A program made the position numbers and the translations under genes. This document shows positions 1-23,707 of a stretch of DNA of 64,000 nt, piece by piece. Numbering within the stretch: the first letter of the stretch is position 1; each line of letters begins with the position of its first letter. The notes below the pieces were generated by a model, which did no database searches, was not told the DNA's origin, and saw only the letters and a program-made list of their open reading frames with translations. The stretch is from the human T2T-CHM13v2.0 reference genome, Homo sapiens, in assembly GCF_009914755.1 (NCBI RefSeq), contig NC_060936.1. The stretch is one strand, 5' to 3'.

Positions 1-499
1 TCAATACATGGACATCTTTCTCATTATTTTTAATAGCTGTATAATTTCTTTCCAAGTTCTGGTATTGCAAGCAATGCTGCAGTGAATTGCCTTGAACAAG
101 AATTCTTTTCAATTGTGAGAGGTCTGTAGAATAAATTTCTAGGAGTGGAAATGCTAGCATAAAGGGTATATAAAATTTTAAAGCAGTTATTGCCAAAATG
201 TCTTCAAATAGACTGTAACTATATTGTTTTGGAGACTGCCATAATTGAGTCAGCCTCTCTCTCAGATGGATCATATTGTGATTCTCATAATTGCAATGAA
301 AAGGAAATTGCAAGGCACAGAGGAACAAAATGAAATTAAATGCCTTCATCTGCCTTTTAGTCCTGATTAAACATAGAGTACCTAAAATGTTTGAATATTA
401 TCCACTCTGATTTTAGTCTTGTCCCTGAAGGTGAGAGTGTACTCCTTTGAAGAGTCCTAAATTCCAGACATATTAAAAGGTAAATAAGGAAAAATAAGG

Positions 500-798
<299 letters not shown>

Positions 799-1069
799 GG
801 AAGGAAGGAAGGAGAGATGCTTTGGTCCATGATCATTTTCCCTGGACAGAGATCAATGTCAACAATGAAATGTAGCCAGCCTCTCAGGGTTTTTCCCTGT
901 AGGCCTCTATTTAAGCAAAATCTCTTTATACATGCTCAGCTGAGAAATAAAATACTTTTCTCTCCATTAAGTTTAGTTAGCAAGTTTGCTGAACACTAGA
1001 GGCTCAAGAATGGGCTTTAGATACATTTTTTACTCTCCCTAATAGGAAAGGTGAGGATAATAATGACAG

Positions 1070-1238
1070 AGATCTCAACCTTGTGCTCGTTAGAATCCCC
1101 TGGGAGTATGCTAAAAATTAGCAATATCTATGCTCCAGTTCCAGAGATTTTGAGCTGATTGGTTGGAGGTATCCAGCGTTGGTATTGTCTAAATGATATC
1201 CATGTGTTTCTCATGTGCAGCCAGAGTGAGAACCTCTA
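1070..1238. mobile_element. MER5-family hAT-Charlie MITE relic
   Basis: tctcaacctt...ttagaatcccctggg...atgtgcagccagagtgagaacc resembles MER5 ends. Confidence 0.65.
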
Positions 1239-1399
1239 CCTTGGAGAAGAAGCACTCCATTCCGGTGACAACTGGAATACCTCATTTACAATTGATATCT
1301 GTAGGACTCGTATTATCCAGTCCCATTAGAAGAAAAGAAATTACTCAGCTTTCATTAATTGGAGATTTTTCTGAAAATTCCCCTAAAACAAATGTTTGC

Positions 1400-1900
1400 C
1401 ACTCCTGCTTACAAAGTTTGAAAGTGTCTGTGTCCCCACACCCTGGCAAATACTAGTTATTATTAGTAATTTCCTTTTCTTTCTTTTTGTTAAACGGAGT
1501 GGAGTCAACTACTTCAACATTGTTTCAAATATATCCTTTGCATTATTGCTGAGATTGAACATCTTTTAATAAGTTCTTTGGACATCATGCCTACTGTGAA
1601 TTGCCTGTTCATATTTGTGCTTTATTTTTTGTTGGACTGCTCATTTTTCTTTCATTTATTTGCAAAGGCTATTCATGTAGATAATATCCATTTGTCTTTT
1701 ATATATGCTATACACATTTTCCCCAGTTATTCACTTATTTTTTAACTTTTGTATGGTGATTTAAGAAGAAAATTGTTTAGTCAAATCTGTCAATACTTTC
1801 TTATTTTCTTTCATGTCGCCCTCAATCCTATATTATTTTTTAAAAGACTACATTTTCTATTGTGTTTGTTTTAATGTTTCATTCTATAATCTTTCTGAAA
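1400..1900 (-). mobile_element. Ancient L1M(E) fragment (a similar relic lies at ~1-220)
   Basis: gagattgaacatctttt...gtgaattgcctgttcatat resembles antisense old L1 ORF2/3' region. Confidence 0.55.
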
Positions 1901-2464
1901 TTAGTATAAGTAGCCAATTATTTTACATTAATTAGCACAACACAATCTATTATTACAGCACACTTCCATTTTAAGATACATTTTTTACAAGTTATAAGTG
2001 TTTTTAGCCTGATTATTCTTAAAATCACTCATGTTGATTTCAAGAATCTTAACTGGTTAAATATAGATGATTCTAGCTATTTTACTGTAATTCTCAGAAA
2101 AAAAGGAATTAAGTAAGAAGCTATTTATACTTTTTCTCTCAGTCCGAAATACATTCTTTATGTCTGTAAGTTTTGACACAAATACATTTTAGAGATATTT
2201 TTAAGTCCTCCAGGTTTGAATTTTAGAACTAAAAAATCAGAAACATCACATTCATTCGGTAGCCATCAATTGTTTATCTTGCTGAGGAGATTATCACTTT
2301 TCTGTGATTCAATTATGCAAATAAACTCTAAAAACAGAACTTAGCATAAGTGAAATGCTACTTTAAAAAACAAAATTTTATAAAAAATAAATATACACAA
2401 TAATTATCTGCTCCTTTTATTTCTTTAGATTAAGACTGATTCTGTAACTCTTATGCTTGTGACA

Positions 2465-2620
2465 AAGCAATGTGACCTTGGAAAGATGTCTATTTCCTTA
2501 TCTCTAAAATGATGATACATAATAATGTTGATTTTAAAGTGCTATTATAAGGATTAAATAAAATAATACATGAAAAGTGCTTAGCAAAATGTCAGATGGA
2601 AAGCTAACACCCATTACATA
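2465..2620 (+). mobile_element. MIR relic
   Basis: tgtgaccttggaaag...ctctaaaatg...aggattaaat...aaagtgcttagca MIR core. Confidence 0.7.
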
Positions 2621-2779
2621 ATTGCTGTTTTTATTCAATTAGCAGTCCTATTACTACTACATACGTTATGAGGCACACATCACATTTTGATCTTTTCATT
2701 GTTTTCATAGTGCCATAGGAAAACTCACTCTAGTCTGGTTTTGTCCTCATTACTCCATTTGGTATTGTTTATGTCAAAG

Positions 2780-3710
2780 CCACCAACAACTTCTGTGAAA
2801 CCAAATCTCATGTTCACCTTTCTGTTTATATCTTACTTATGCTTCTGTCTGCCTACCGTATTAACTTTATTCTCTCCTCTTGCCTCTTATCTTATTCTTT
2901 GCTCTGTCTTGCTACACTGCTCCTTTATGATCTTTTCTTCTCTACTAAACTGCTAAAAGCTGGATGCTTTGAGGCTCTGTTTTAAGTCACTCTCAATGTT
3001 CCCACAAGGTAATATTTCTAGCTTATCTCATAGGATTCATGGCTTTAAATACCAACTAAATATCAAGGGCTCCAGCCCTGACCTAGAACCTGTCTGGAGT
3101 CCTAGACAACAACTTTCCACCTGATATCTGGACATGAATGTCAAGTAAATATTTCAGACTTAGCTGTCCAATTTCTCCCTACCTCATAACCTAGTACTTT
3201 AAAAACTGTTAAAAATGTAAATTAGATTTTGTTTCATTCTTCCTTAAAAACTTCCAATGGATTCCCATTGTACTTTAAAAAAAAATCCAAATTCTTTACC
3301 CCAGTTTACAAAGAACACTCCATAGTCTCTTTCTTTGACATTATCTAATTAGCCTCTTCTCTAATTAGTTGTCCTTTATACTTCAGCAACATTGGCCTTC
3401 TTTTTATCTTAAAACTCAACATACTTAAGTTTGCCCTAACTAATACTGCTTCTGGTTTGCATGCACCTAGCTATTTCTGGTTCTTCGTCACCTCTTCAGA
3501 GAGGATGAGTCTACTAACATAGCTCCACAGTCACTGTATCATGAAGTTCTTTATATTCATTGGAATTATATATTGTGTAAGTGCTTATTTATTTGTTTGT
3601 TTCCTCTCACTAATGCAAGCTTCATAAAAGTAGAGTTCTTCTGACCTAGGTTCACATCTCAAAGAACAGACCCTAGTACTCAGTTAGAATTTGTTAAGTA
3701 CATAAATAAA
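2780..3710 (+). mobile_element. L2 LINE 3' relic
   Basis: catggctttaaatacc, ctccagccctgacct, cttccaatggattcccattg and an L2-type 3' end. Confidence 0.65.
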
Positions 3711-4391
3711 CACATTATCCCTCTTTACCAAAGAAGAAATAAAACTTGAAGAACTAGTGCCAAACTAACAAAAAAAAAAAGATGAGAAATCACTTTCCCT
3801 GAAACTTTTCATACTTTAATTGTTTCTAAACAAATTTTCCATTCAATTAATGTTTACTAAATTGCTAATTAAGTGTTATCTGGAAACAAACAACAAAATA
3901 TTAGGCATGATTCCTAAAATCAAGAAGTTGTGCCTTTATATGAGGACACAAATGAACACATGAAAAGCTAAGTAAATACTTGGTGGTAAATGTTAGATGA
4001 GAGAAAAATGACTGATACACATAATAAGAACTATTGTAATATTCAAATCTATTTATGTTACAAGATAATTATTGGCAATATTTATTTCTGTTTTCTTCAT
4101 TATTGAAATGTAATTGCATTTTTAAAAAAATTTGATTCCCAACTTGATATATACTCTGGTAACAAAACTTTGAGAAACTCTAAAGAACTACGTTAGACAA
4201 TTCAAAAAAGTTTTAATGTAAACAATACTTACTAAGAAAAGATAATTAAACTGAAGCCATTTTCAAGTCGAGTAAGTGTTTGGGACAGAGAAAAAACTGT
4301 TCTGTTTTGAGTAGAAATGGATATATTTGGTTGTTCTGATATATATATGTATATACTGGGAATAATTTGAAAACTAGTTATATGTTTTATA

Positions 4392-4750
4392 CAGTCAAGC
4401 ATTGCATAATGACATTTTGATCAATGACAGACCATATATACAGCATGTACAACAGTGGTCCCATAAGATTGTAACAACATATTCTTACCAGACCTTTTGT
4501 ATGTTTAGATATGTTTAGACACATAAATTCTTACTACTGTGTTCCATCTGCCTACAGTATTCAGTAGAGTGACATGGTGTACAGATTTGTAACCTAGGAG
4601 AAATAGGCTATGCCTAATAGCCTAGGTGTGTAGCATAGCCTAGACTATCTAGGTTTTTGTAAGTGCACTTTATTTTGTTAGGATGATGACTAGATCACCT
4701 AACAACACATTTCTCAGGCTGTGTATCTGTCATCAAGCAATGCATGATGG
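4392..4750. mobile_element. Tigger3a (MER7A) non-autonomous DNA transposon, complete
   Basis: TA-flanked; degenerate TIRs cagtcaagcattgc / gcaatgcatgatgg; internal cctacagtattcagta and cctagg motifs. Confidence 0.85.
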
Positions 4751-5769
4751 TAGTTGTAAACTAAAAATAATTTATTGCCTATTTTTGACACAGAGATTTC
4801 TACCACCAGTGTCACTTCCCCCCAAATTTTTTTTCTCTAAAGTAACTCACTGTACAGTCATGATTTCTGAGGTGAGTCTACATAATGCAACTCAAATATA
4901 GTGATATGATTTTGATTTTTAAATCACAGTATAAATGGGATTAATAGATTCACATATTTCTTGTTAAAAAGGTCTGAGGTAATATTAGGTCATCAAATGC
5001 CTAGAGAAAATGAATAATACTGTTGCTGGGGAAAGGTTACAAAAAAAGGAAAGTGTAAAGATTATAAATGTTACCTACTTTATACTTTTGAAAACAGCCA
5101 TCCTGGACATCCACTAACACCAAGATTATTTAATTATTCTTAGAAGAAATGGCAGAGAAGGTCAAGTTTAAGTAGAGTCTATCAGCAAAAGACAACAATC
5201 CTCAATTCTCCCTGAAAACCACTCAGCAAGATATAGACTTGAAGTCATCGTGTATGACCATATCACCATGGTAACCTCCAGCTCAGGCTACTTGATGTCT
5301 GCAGAGCAGTAAAAACATTCCTTTAAAGAGAAAAGAATGCATGTAGGTCACACACACTCACACGAAAAATGAATGTGAGAGAAGAAAAGATTCATTTCCA
5401 GGGAAGTGCATGGCAAATGTTGTAGGCATTAAATATTTGGACAATAAAACTGGGAGCATTTCTAATATGGCAAGAAGGAAATAACCATAAAATAAAATTT
5501 TCCTGTACTTAATCTAGAAAATTTTCCCCACCTAAAACCAAAGTGGGAGAAATCCCACTTCTCCTCCTCTGAATATACAAAATACTTTTTCAAGAGCCAT
5601 GCACATCTATCTGAGGTATTAGTGAAGAAGGTATTAGTGAAATATATTTGCCCATAAAGAAAGCTGTGCTTCACTCTTTGGTGACAATACACATGTCTGC
5701 ATGAGAAATAAGCACAGAAAAATTAACTGTATAAAACACACGTATAATGTATATTAATTGGTAGATACT

Positions 5770-5972
5770 TTATATGCATTCACTTTCTTAATTTTTCCCA
5801 TCAGTCCTGAAGCAGAGGTACTATTATTTTTCCTAATTACAGATAGATGAAGAATGTAAAATACAAATAAGTTCAGAAATTTTCCACAGGACACACGGCT
5901 AATAAGCAACAAATCCAAAATTCAAAGTGAGACAGTTTGGCTCAAGGGTCTGTATTTGTAACCATTGTGCTA
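5770..5972 (-). mobile_element. MIR relic
   Basis: ggtactattattttt...ttacagat...cacacggctaataag...taaccattgtgct. Confidence 0.6.
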
Positions 5973-6119
5973 AGACAAGTCTGTAACACCAACACAGAAT
6001 TTCTTTCTCTTTACGTACAAATGATAGAATGGCTTAATGCTTAAAATGATAAGCATTTATTATCTATAAGCTTATTTGCATTAGGAATTCAAGAGTAGCC
6101 AAAATAAAAAATTACGGCT

Positions 6120-6470
6120 TAGGGTTTCTTAATGAGGTTGTAATTAAGATGTTGGCTGAGGCTACAGTTATCTGAAAGCATGACAGCAGCTAAAATATCT
6201 GCTTCCACAATGGCTCCTTCATGGCTGTTGGCAAGAGACTTCACTTCCTTATCTCTTAGACTTCTGCATAGAGCTGTTTGTGTGACCTTACAAAACGGCA
6301 TCTGGCTTCCCTCAGAGTGAGAGCTTCCCCAAGAAGTGAGAGTAAGGCAGTAGCCTAATTATCACATGCCATCGCTTTAGGCATATTCTAATGATCATGG
6401 AATGGCATGTGTTTATGAATACCATATACAAAGCCATGAATACCAGGAGTAGGGGTAGACTGATTAGCCC
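6120..6470 (-). mobile_element. MaLR MLT1-family LTR relic
   Basis: gatgttggctgaggctacagttatctgaa...atggctgttggcaagagac pattern typical of MLT1F/G. Confidence 0.6.
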
Positions 6471-6504
6471 ACCTGTAATCTGAATTTCTTTGATTAGTGC
6501 AAAG

Positions 6505-6669
6505 CAGAGCTGGGACTAGAGTGACGCAAGTGAAGCATCGAAGGGGCAAAATGTAAGGAGGTACTCATCCTTGTGTGCCGACTCTGAACAAACATGACCT
6601 AGAGAGAGACTCCCTTTTTATATTTTGTGTCCTAGGTATCTTGCTTGCTTTACCGTAGTCCCAGCCCCG
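6505..6669. mobile_element. MER96 palindromic hAT MITE
   Basis: Ends cagagctgggacta / tagtcccagccccg are inverted repeats; degenerate 8-bp TSD gtgcaaag/gtataaaa. Confidence 0.75.
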
Positions 6670-7333
6670 GTATAAAAAATAAACATTTTTCCATGTTTTA
6701 CTTCACTGTTTCTTCTTTTATTTATTATGAAATCAGAGTCATCACTTACCTATTGGAGTCTTTATCTTATGATTTTGATTATCTTTAAATTTTAAAGATA
6801 TTAAGAGTATATTTCTGTTATAATTTTTGTGGTACACTTTGTCTTTAACATATTTCCAATATTCTTACTTCTGTCACCTGTCTTAGAGGACAAGAGTGGA
6901 AATGCTTGTTTTAAAGTGGTCTTAACATGGAGTCCCATGAGATGCTCCCTGAACACCTTAATATTATGATGTTTGGGTTATATTATGCCAATTTTTTTGA
7001 GGTTATGATTCATGCTATTAACCCAAAAAAGTTTGAATCTACTGCTTACTTATGAATTACAATATCATATTTGCAGACTTTGGTGTAGATGCTCTCATTT
7101 GTCCTTCAACACTTATTTGTCATTTTAAATAAGGAATATGAGTTTCATTACTAATTATTGATTGGCAAAAAGAATTAAGATAGGATTAATTTCTGGAATT
7201 CAATTTTACTTAATTAAACTTTAAGAAGAGATTTACAAAAAACACTTTAAATAGACTTAAAATTTATATTTATTATACAAGCAATAGTATGACTAAGGAC
7301 AATGCCAGAGGAAAGAATGCATACCAACTCTAA

Positions 7334-7626
<293 letters not shown>

Positions 7627-8418
7627 CGAACAAAAGTTTTTTTAAAATCACTAGTATGATTACATTGCCAAACCCAACCTAGTATTTAAGTATTAAACAG
7701 AGATTACTAGCTGCTGCTGCCAATCTTAAGTTGTTATTATTATGCTGTTTAAAATATGATTTAATGCCATTTTAAGTTACTCTTTAATTATTAGAAAGAA
7801 GTAATATATTTGGAAGTCATCCAATATATCCCTATGAATTAAACTCCCTCACTCTTTAATCATGTTATTTAATCAAAAATTAATTTCCTGCCAGAGTGGC
7901 CTGTTAAGGATTTGCTAATTCTGACTTTCTTCTCTGAAACTTAATTGAACTCAGCAGTCAATAGCTTCTCTCCCCAGGTCTTGGATAACAAAATACATTT
8001 TAGTTTCTTCTTTTTATTTTTTCCCCATATTTATCATTTCTCAAACGTTATTTTTTTCTTTAAAAATTGCTTTTCTTTTCTACAATGATTAAAGCAATTG
8101 AAAAGAATAAACAACTCACCATTAATTGACTATTCTTGAGGCTTTGCTATTTTTAAATCAACTTGGGATGATTTTCAATCTCTTCTGATATGCTTTCACA
8201 TCCAATTAAAAAACATATAATAATGTGGAACTTTCTAATACAGTCTAGTCTCTTGGGCAACTGAAAGGTGTTTGGTTCATTCTTGCTTCTGTTGTCAGCT
8301 CTGGTCCATGGAAAATATCCTTCCATGGTGATCTAGGCAACATCATGATGAACCAGGAACACAGTGAAAGCCTTTCATGAAGGTGTGAAAAGCTTTAAAA
8401 ATTTAGGTTGCAACTGGA

Positions 8419-8475
8419 GCACTCCAGTCTGGCGAGAGAGCGAGATTCCATCTCAAAACAAAACAAAACCAAACC
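8419..8475 (+). mobile_element. 5'-truncated Alu 3' tip with (CAAAA)n tail
   Basis: gcactccagtctggcg...gagattccatctcaaaacaaaac. Confidence 0.7.
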
Positions 8476-9195
8476 TGTTTGTTCCAAACATAGCAAATTT
8501 TTTATTGCTAATTTGAACACACACACACAGATAAAATAGGTAATGATGAAATCTACACTCCAAGAAGATTTGTAGCAATAATGAAAAGAACACTGGAAAG
8601 GAGTTTGGTAGTCAGCACTACATCATAACAATAAGTAAAAAGCTGAACAAACTGAAAAATTAACAGCTCTTCTTAGATCTGTCAGAGAAGTGAGATCACA
8701 GGGCAAACCACTGCCCCCAAAATTGTAGAGACAGACAAATAGAAGTGGAGAATCACAACTTATTAAGCAGGAACTACACAGAAGAAATGTCCATGAGAAC
8801 CAGTGCCGGGATAGGAAAACTTGAACTCTAATTGACAAATACCTGGAGGTTGACTATGGACAACTCTGAGTGTTAAAAACTCCAGAAGGACGCAGTCACA
8901 AAGGTGCCCTCTCCCTTTTGTGAGTTTTACCTCTAGAAACTCTACCAAGTCCTCACAATAAATATTGGAGAAAAATTCTCGTATGCTTCCAGAAGAGGGA
9001 GGGAAAAAGTAACCATTTAAAAAATACAACAGAGCATTCTGTTCTTCTTAACAAGGCCTGTCCTCATGATAAACTATTTTACTACAGGCTAACATGGTGG
9101 AGTTTTATCAGAGTCTAACATACCAGGAGGAAAGGAAATACCCAACTTCAGTCCACTGTAGCCATCCTGTCCTACCTAAGCAAGAAAGAAAACTT

Positions 9196-12641
<3,446 letters not shown>

Positions 12642-14147
12642 AAGAAAGAAAACTTAGAAGCGCTGGTGGAGTTCAAAGTTCAGGAATACAAGTTCATCAG
12701 AAGTCTGAGACATAATCATAGGAGTATATAATGCTTCCCCTTCCCTTAAAATATACCATCACACCACTAAATGCCTATTTACTAGAGTTCCTTTAACCTA
12801 GTATATCATGTCTATCTTTCAACGTAATATTACAAGTCATACTAAAAGGTAAAAAAAAAAAACTATAGTTTGAAGAGATTTAACAATCATCAGACTAGTG
12901 TCAGATGTGGCAAAAGTATTGGAATAACCAAATAAGGAATTAAAAATATACACCTATATATATTTATATATGTTAATAACATGCTAAGGGTGAAAAATCT
13001 GACATGTGAGAACCAACATATAATGTAAACTGACAAATGGAAATTCTAAGAAAGAACCAAAAAGAAATGTTAGAAGTCAAAGACACTGTAACAGAAATGA
13101 ATAATGCCTTTGATGGGCTCCTTAGTAGACTGGACGGAGCTAAGGAAAGAATCTCTGAGCCTGTTGATATAACAAAAAAAGCTTCAAAAACTGTAAAACA
13201 AAGAAAAAAATTAATAAAATAGAACATAATATTCCAGAATTATGAAAAAACTACATAGGTGTGACATATGCGCAATGAAAATGCAAACAAGAAAGAAAGA
13301 GAAACAATATTTGAAGCAATAATGACAGAAATTTCCCAAAATTAAAGTCAGACACTGAAGCACAAATCCAGTAAGCTTAGAAAATATCAAGCCAGGTAAA
13401 TTCAAACAGAACAAAACAAAAACTATACATAGGCATATTATATTTAAATTTCAGAATATCAAAGAAAAAACCTTGAAAAAAGACAAAGGTGAAAAATAAA
13501 ACAACCTTTACATACAGAGGAGCAAAGATAAGAATTACATATAACTTCTCTTCAGGAAACACACAAGTAAGAAGAGAGTAGAGTGAAATATTTAGTGTTG
13601 GGAGGGGGAAAAAAAGAAACAACAACCTAGAATTCCTTACCCTGAAAAATTTTCATCAAAAGTGAAATAGAAATAAAGAATTGAGGGAATTTGTTTCCAA
13701 TAGACTTACCTTGCAAGAAATGTTGAAAGACATTCCTCAGAGAGAATGAAAATGTACAGGTCAGAAACTCAGATCTATATAAAGAAAAGAAGAGCATCAG
13801 AAAGGGAATTAAGTGAACGTTAAATTAAAAACTTTTATTTTTCTTATTCTTAATTGATCTATCAGATAACAGTTTGTTCAAGATGATAATAGCAGCAGTG
13901 TATTTGATTATGTATGTTTATGTACATGCTTTATGTGTACATATATGCTTATGTATGCTGATACATAAATATTTGAGATATGAATGACAGCAATGATAAA
14001 AGGTACAGGGAGAAGAAATTAAGAATATCTTGTTATTATAAGGTAATCACACTATTTGTGACGTGATACAGTATTAGTTGAAAATGGACTTGGATAACTT
14101 GTAAATGTGCAGTGCAAACTCCAAGGAAAACACTTAAAGAGTTTTAA

Positions 14148-14558
<411 letters not shown>

Positions 14559-15954
14559 TTAACAAATAGAAAATGTAACACATATGGTAGTTATTAATCC
14601 AACTATATCAATAATTACTTTGAAAGTCAGTGGTCTAAATGCACCAATTAAAAGACAGAGATTGATTGTCAGAGGGGATCAAAACAAGACCCAACTTTAC
14701 GTTTATACAAGTAATTCACTATAAAGATAAAGACGTATAGATTAAGAATAAAGGGATGGAGGAATATACACCATGCAAACACAAATCAAAGAAAGTAGAA
14801 GTAGCATTATTAACCACAGACAGAACAGTCTTCAGAGCAAGGAAAGTTATCAGTGACAAATTATAAGGGATAAAGAATGGCATTACATAATGATAGGGTG
14901 ACTAATACTCCAAGATGACAAAACAACCCTTAATATGTATGCACCTAACTACAGAGGATCAAAATATGTGAGGCTCAAAATACATGATAGATTTGCAAAG
15001 TGAAATAGACAAATTCACTATTACATAATTGAATACTTTAATACCCCTTAATTAGACATGGACATATGCATCAGGCAGAAAATCAATAAGGACATAGTCA
15101 AACTCAGCAGAACCATCAATCACCTGGATATAATTGAAATAACTACTTTATCCAACAACAGCATAATATACATTCTTCTCAAGCTCATATGGAACATTCA
15201 CAAAGAGGGAACAAATTCTAGGCCATAAAGCACAATTTAACAAATTTAAACAAATATAACATTTAAAATATTTTTTAAAAAAATTCTTTAAAAGTAAAAA
15301 AAAAAAAATAGAAATTATGCAATAGTTGCCCTCATACCACAATGGAATTAAACTAGAAATCAATAACCAGAAAGTAGCCAGAAAATCCCAAAATACTTAA
15401 AAATTAAACAATACACTTCTAAATAACAAATGAAATAAAGAAGAAATCTCAGGAGGAATGTAAACTTTTTAAGCTGAATAAAAAATGAAAAAAAAGTATG
15501 AAAATTTGTAAGGGCACAGCAGTGCATAGAGAGAAATTTATAGCATTGAATGCATCTATTAGAAAAGAGCAGTGATCTAAAACTCAATAGTCAAAGCTTT
15601 CCACCTTAGGAAACTACAAAAAGATGAGTAAGATTAAAGTAAGCAGAAGAAAATAAATAATAATGATTGGGGCAGAGATCAATAAAATTGGAAACAGGAA
15701 ATCAATAGAGATAGACAATGTAAATAACTGGTGGGTTTTTTAATTCAAATTGATATTAGAAAAGATCAACGTAATCAGTAAGCCTCCAGACAGACTAAGA
15801 AAATAGAAAAGAGAGAGAAGACACAAACTACTAATATCAGAATTGAAAGAGGGTACATCATAGATCCCACGGACATTAAAATGGTAATAAAGGATACTAT
15901 AAACAACTATGTGCCCCAAAATTTAATAGCCTAGATGAAATAGATCAATTTCTT

Positions 15955-20466
<4,512 letters not shown>

Positions 20467-21964
20467 ATCAATTTCTTAAAAGACAAAATCTGCCAAAATT
20501 TACACAAAAAGAAATATAATTTTTTCTAGTAGACATAGACAATCTGAATAAGGCCATGTCTATTAAAGAAATTGCATAAATAATAACCTTCCAAAAGAGA
20601 AAGCACACAGCCTAGATGGGTTCACTATTGAATTCTATAAAACATTTAATGAAGAAATTATACCACTTCTCTACAATCTCTTCCAGAAGACAGAAACGAA
20701 GAAATGCCTTCTAACTTACTCTGTAAGGCCAGTATTAATCTAATACCAAACCCAGACAAAGACATTACAAGAAAAGAAAACTACAGACCATTATCTCTCA
20801 TGAACATAGATGTAGAAATCCTAAACAAAATATAAGTACACAAAATTCATCAAGGTATAAAAAGAATTATGCACCATGACGAAGTGGGAGTTTTCTCATA
20901 CATGCAGACTGGTTCAAAATTCAAAAATAAGCTTATCGTATTACCAGGTGAAAGAAGAAAAAATCAAATGATTGTATCAATAGATGAAGAAAAGGGGAAG
21001 GAGGGATGAACAGGTGGAGTGCAGAGGATTTTAGGGCAGTAAAATTATTCTGTATGATTCCACAATGGTGGCTACATGTCATTATACTTTTGTCTAAACT
21101 CACAGGATGTACAACGCCAAGAGCGAACCCTAATGGAAACAATGATTTTGATGTTTCGATGTAGGTTCATCGATTGTAACAAATGGGTAATTCTGATGTG
21201 GCGTGTTGATAGTGGGCAAAACTGGGAGTGTCAAGGGCTGATGTATATGAAAACTCTCTGTACTTTCTGCAGAATTCTGCTGTGAATCTAAAACTGCTCT
21301 AAAATTAATATGTATTAATTTTTAATTACTGGACTAGGTGTGAAATGATTTAGTTTATAGCTTCAACTCTTTCTCTAAGTTCTTTTATCTTTGGATCTCA
21401 AAATCCTTATATAAAATATATGGAGTTGAACTAAGTTAAAATATCATGATTAAACTAAAATTTAAAATGAGAATATTTACCATATATACAGTATGAAATA
21501 ATGACAAAATTTTAAATGGTAGCTCTGTTTAAATTTCTATTTTAAAAACAGAAGTTATTAAAAATATCCATAGTGACAAAAATATTACCTGTCTGAGCTT
21601 AATTTATATTCAGATGGCAGAAATATCAGGGGAAAAAAAGAAGTATATGTCACTGTATGATACTGTTACTGTATGACATCACTGAAACAAGATTTATTGC
21701 AAAGAATAAAAATTAAAATATACACTGAACATAAGTAATTCTAGAATTCCTTAATGATTATTAAATCTGTATTGAAACCTATTGATAAGCATTTTGTTGT
21801 AAACTCAATTAACAGTGTCTATTTAGGATGCAACACTTAATAATGAGCCCAATTATTGAATGTTTCAGAAATAATTGTGGTTGGCCTAGATTATTTGATA
21901 CATCTGAGGACAAGGTCTATTTAATTACAGATTCTGAATAGGAACAGAAAATACTCTAAGTTGA

Positions 21965-22143
21965 TGGTTCTTCAAGTGTGGTCCATGATTCAGCAATCTG
22001 GGAACTTCTCATATAGCCATATTCTTGGATCCTACTCCATGCCTAATAAATCGGAATTTTGGCAGCAAAGCCAGATAATATGATTTTTTAAAAGCCCACC
22101 ACCTCATACTGAGGCATATCAAAGTTTTAGAACTATTTCTCTA
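21965..22143. mobile_element. MER5A relic
   Basis: tggttcttcaagtgtggtcc...ctgggaactt...aaagttttagaacta. Confidence 0.7.
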
Positions 22144-23294
22144 AATATTTTATGTAAGAGTAAATTTAATACAGGTTAGGTGCTTACAGTATAATTGAGA
22201 AAGCTGCAAGAGCAACCTCTGAACCGTGCCTCCAAAAATAAAGAACAGAAAAAGAACTGACCTGCTAAAGTTACCACCTCCTTATCTACTACTGGAACAA
22301 CTGGTTTCAAGAACATAAGCTATAACTGCAAGGTGTCAGGATGCTGAAGTTAAAAAGATATTATTATTTATGCCAGATATGTCCCTCTCAATAGCAAAAG
22401 CTGAAGAATGAAGGCTGAGAAGCAGCTGCAGACAGACTTCACTTCTCCAGGACTTTGTTTCTCACAGAATGACACTCAAAGAGGACAGAAAGACTGCTCC
22501 TGTCTTCCAAATCTCATGCCACTGCTCTTGACTGATAGATCACAGTGTGCAATCAGAAACATAGATGTAATGGTATAAACTTAGTGCTATCTATTGACAC
22601 TCAATGGGCAACACAGTTAAATCTCCACCTAGACATGATCCATATGAATTATCATTTGGTTTCATCACTATATTCAAGCATAATTTCAGAAATAGTAAGG
22701 AAACAAAAGTTTAGAAGCAATTACAGTATTTTAAAGTAATTACTACCAATTTGTTACATATCATTGTCATTATTTATAAATTTATATGCTTGCATATTTA
22801 TTGGCTAAACCGAGCAAATAAAATAATTCTCAGCTACACCTTGGGAAAATATACCTAAGGAATTTATATAAAGAAAAATAGATGATAGATACCTAGATTG
22901 ATAGACAATAGAACATATATTTGTATAATATAGTATGTTACTCTTTATACACTCTGATTGAGGTAGGCAGAGTATAATATATTTTTATATGAAGAAACTG
23001 AACTCCCAAATTATAAAATGCCACATTGTCACATGGCTGATAGATGCATAAAAGAATGTATGTATCGTAACTCATAGGTCAGTGCTTGTTCCAATACACT
23101 TTAATGCCTTTGTCTATTATCCTCTGAGAATTCTTACAACAGCAACAGGACATGACAGAAGAAAATGGGTACTGAACCAAAGGCAAGAAAATAGTGTGAA
23201 TGCAGAGTAAACAGAGGAACAAAATAGTGGCCCAGGGGTTTAAAATAACACATCAAGTCTAAATGCTAATATTGCAAATCTAACACAATTCCAT

Positions 23295-23707
23295 GTATAT
23301 ATTAGTCCAAACAGCTTGGCTGTGTCTGCTAAAACCAAACAAACAAACAGACAAACAAACGATCCCCGAATCCCAGTGACTTAAAACAGTAAAGTTTATT
23401 TCTGGCTCCATTGAAGGATGGATGGGGACCTTAATTTGCCTTCTCTTTATTCATGAACTCAGGCTGATAAAGCAACCATTAACTGTAACATTACTGATCA
23501 TCAAAACAGAGGAAAATCTGCCTCTATAGAGTCCCTTCCTGATATTTAAATGACACACATCACTACTGCTCACAGCTCATTGACCAGAATAAATCACATG
23601 GACTCACCCAACTGCAATGGAGCTAGGAAGTAAAATCCTATCGTATGCTTGCAAGGTGGAAACCAAGACAGAAATATTTGGTGAATGGTATTACTGATGA
23701 TTACCAG
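23295..23707 (-). mobile_element. MaLR MLT1K/L-like LTR
   Basis: cagtgacttaaaaca...tttatttct...aatcacatggactcacccaactgca...gaaatatttggtgaat. Confidence 0.65.
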
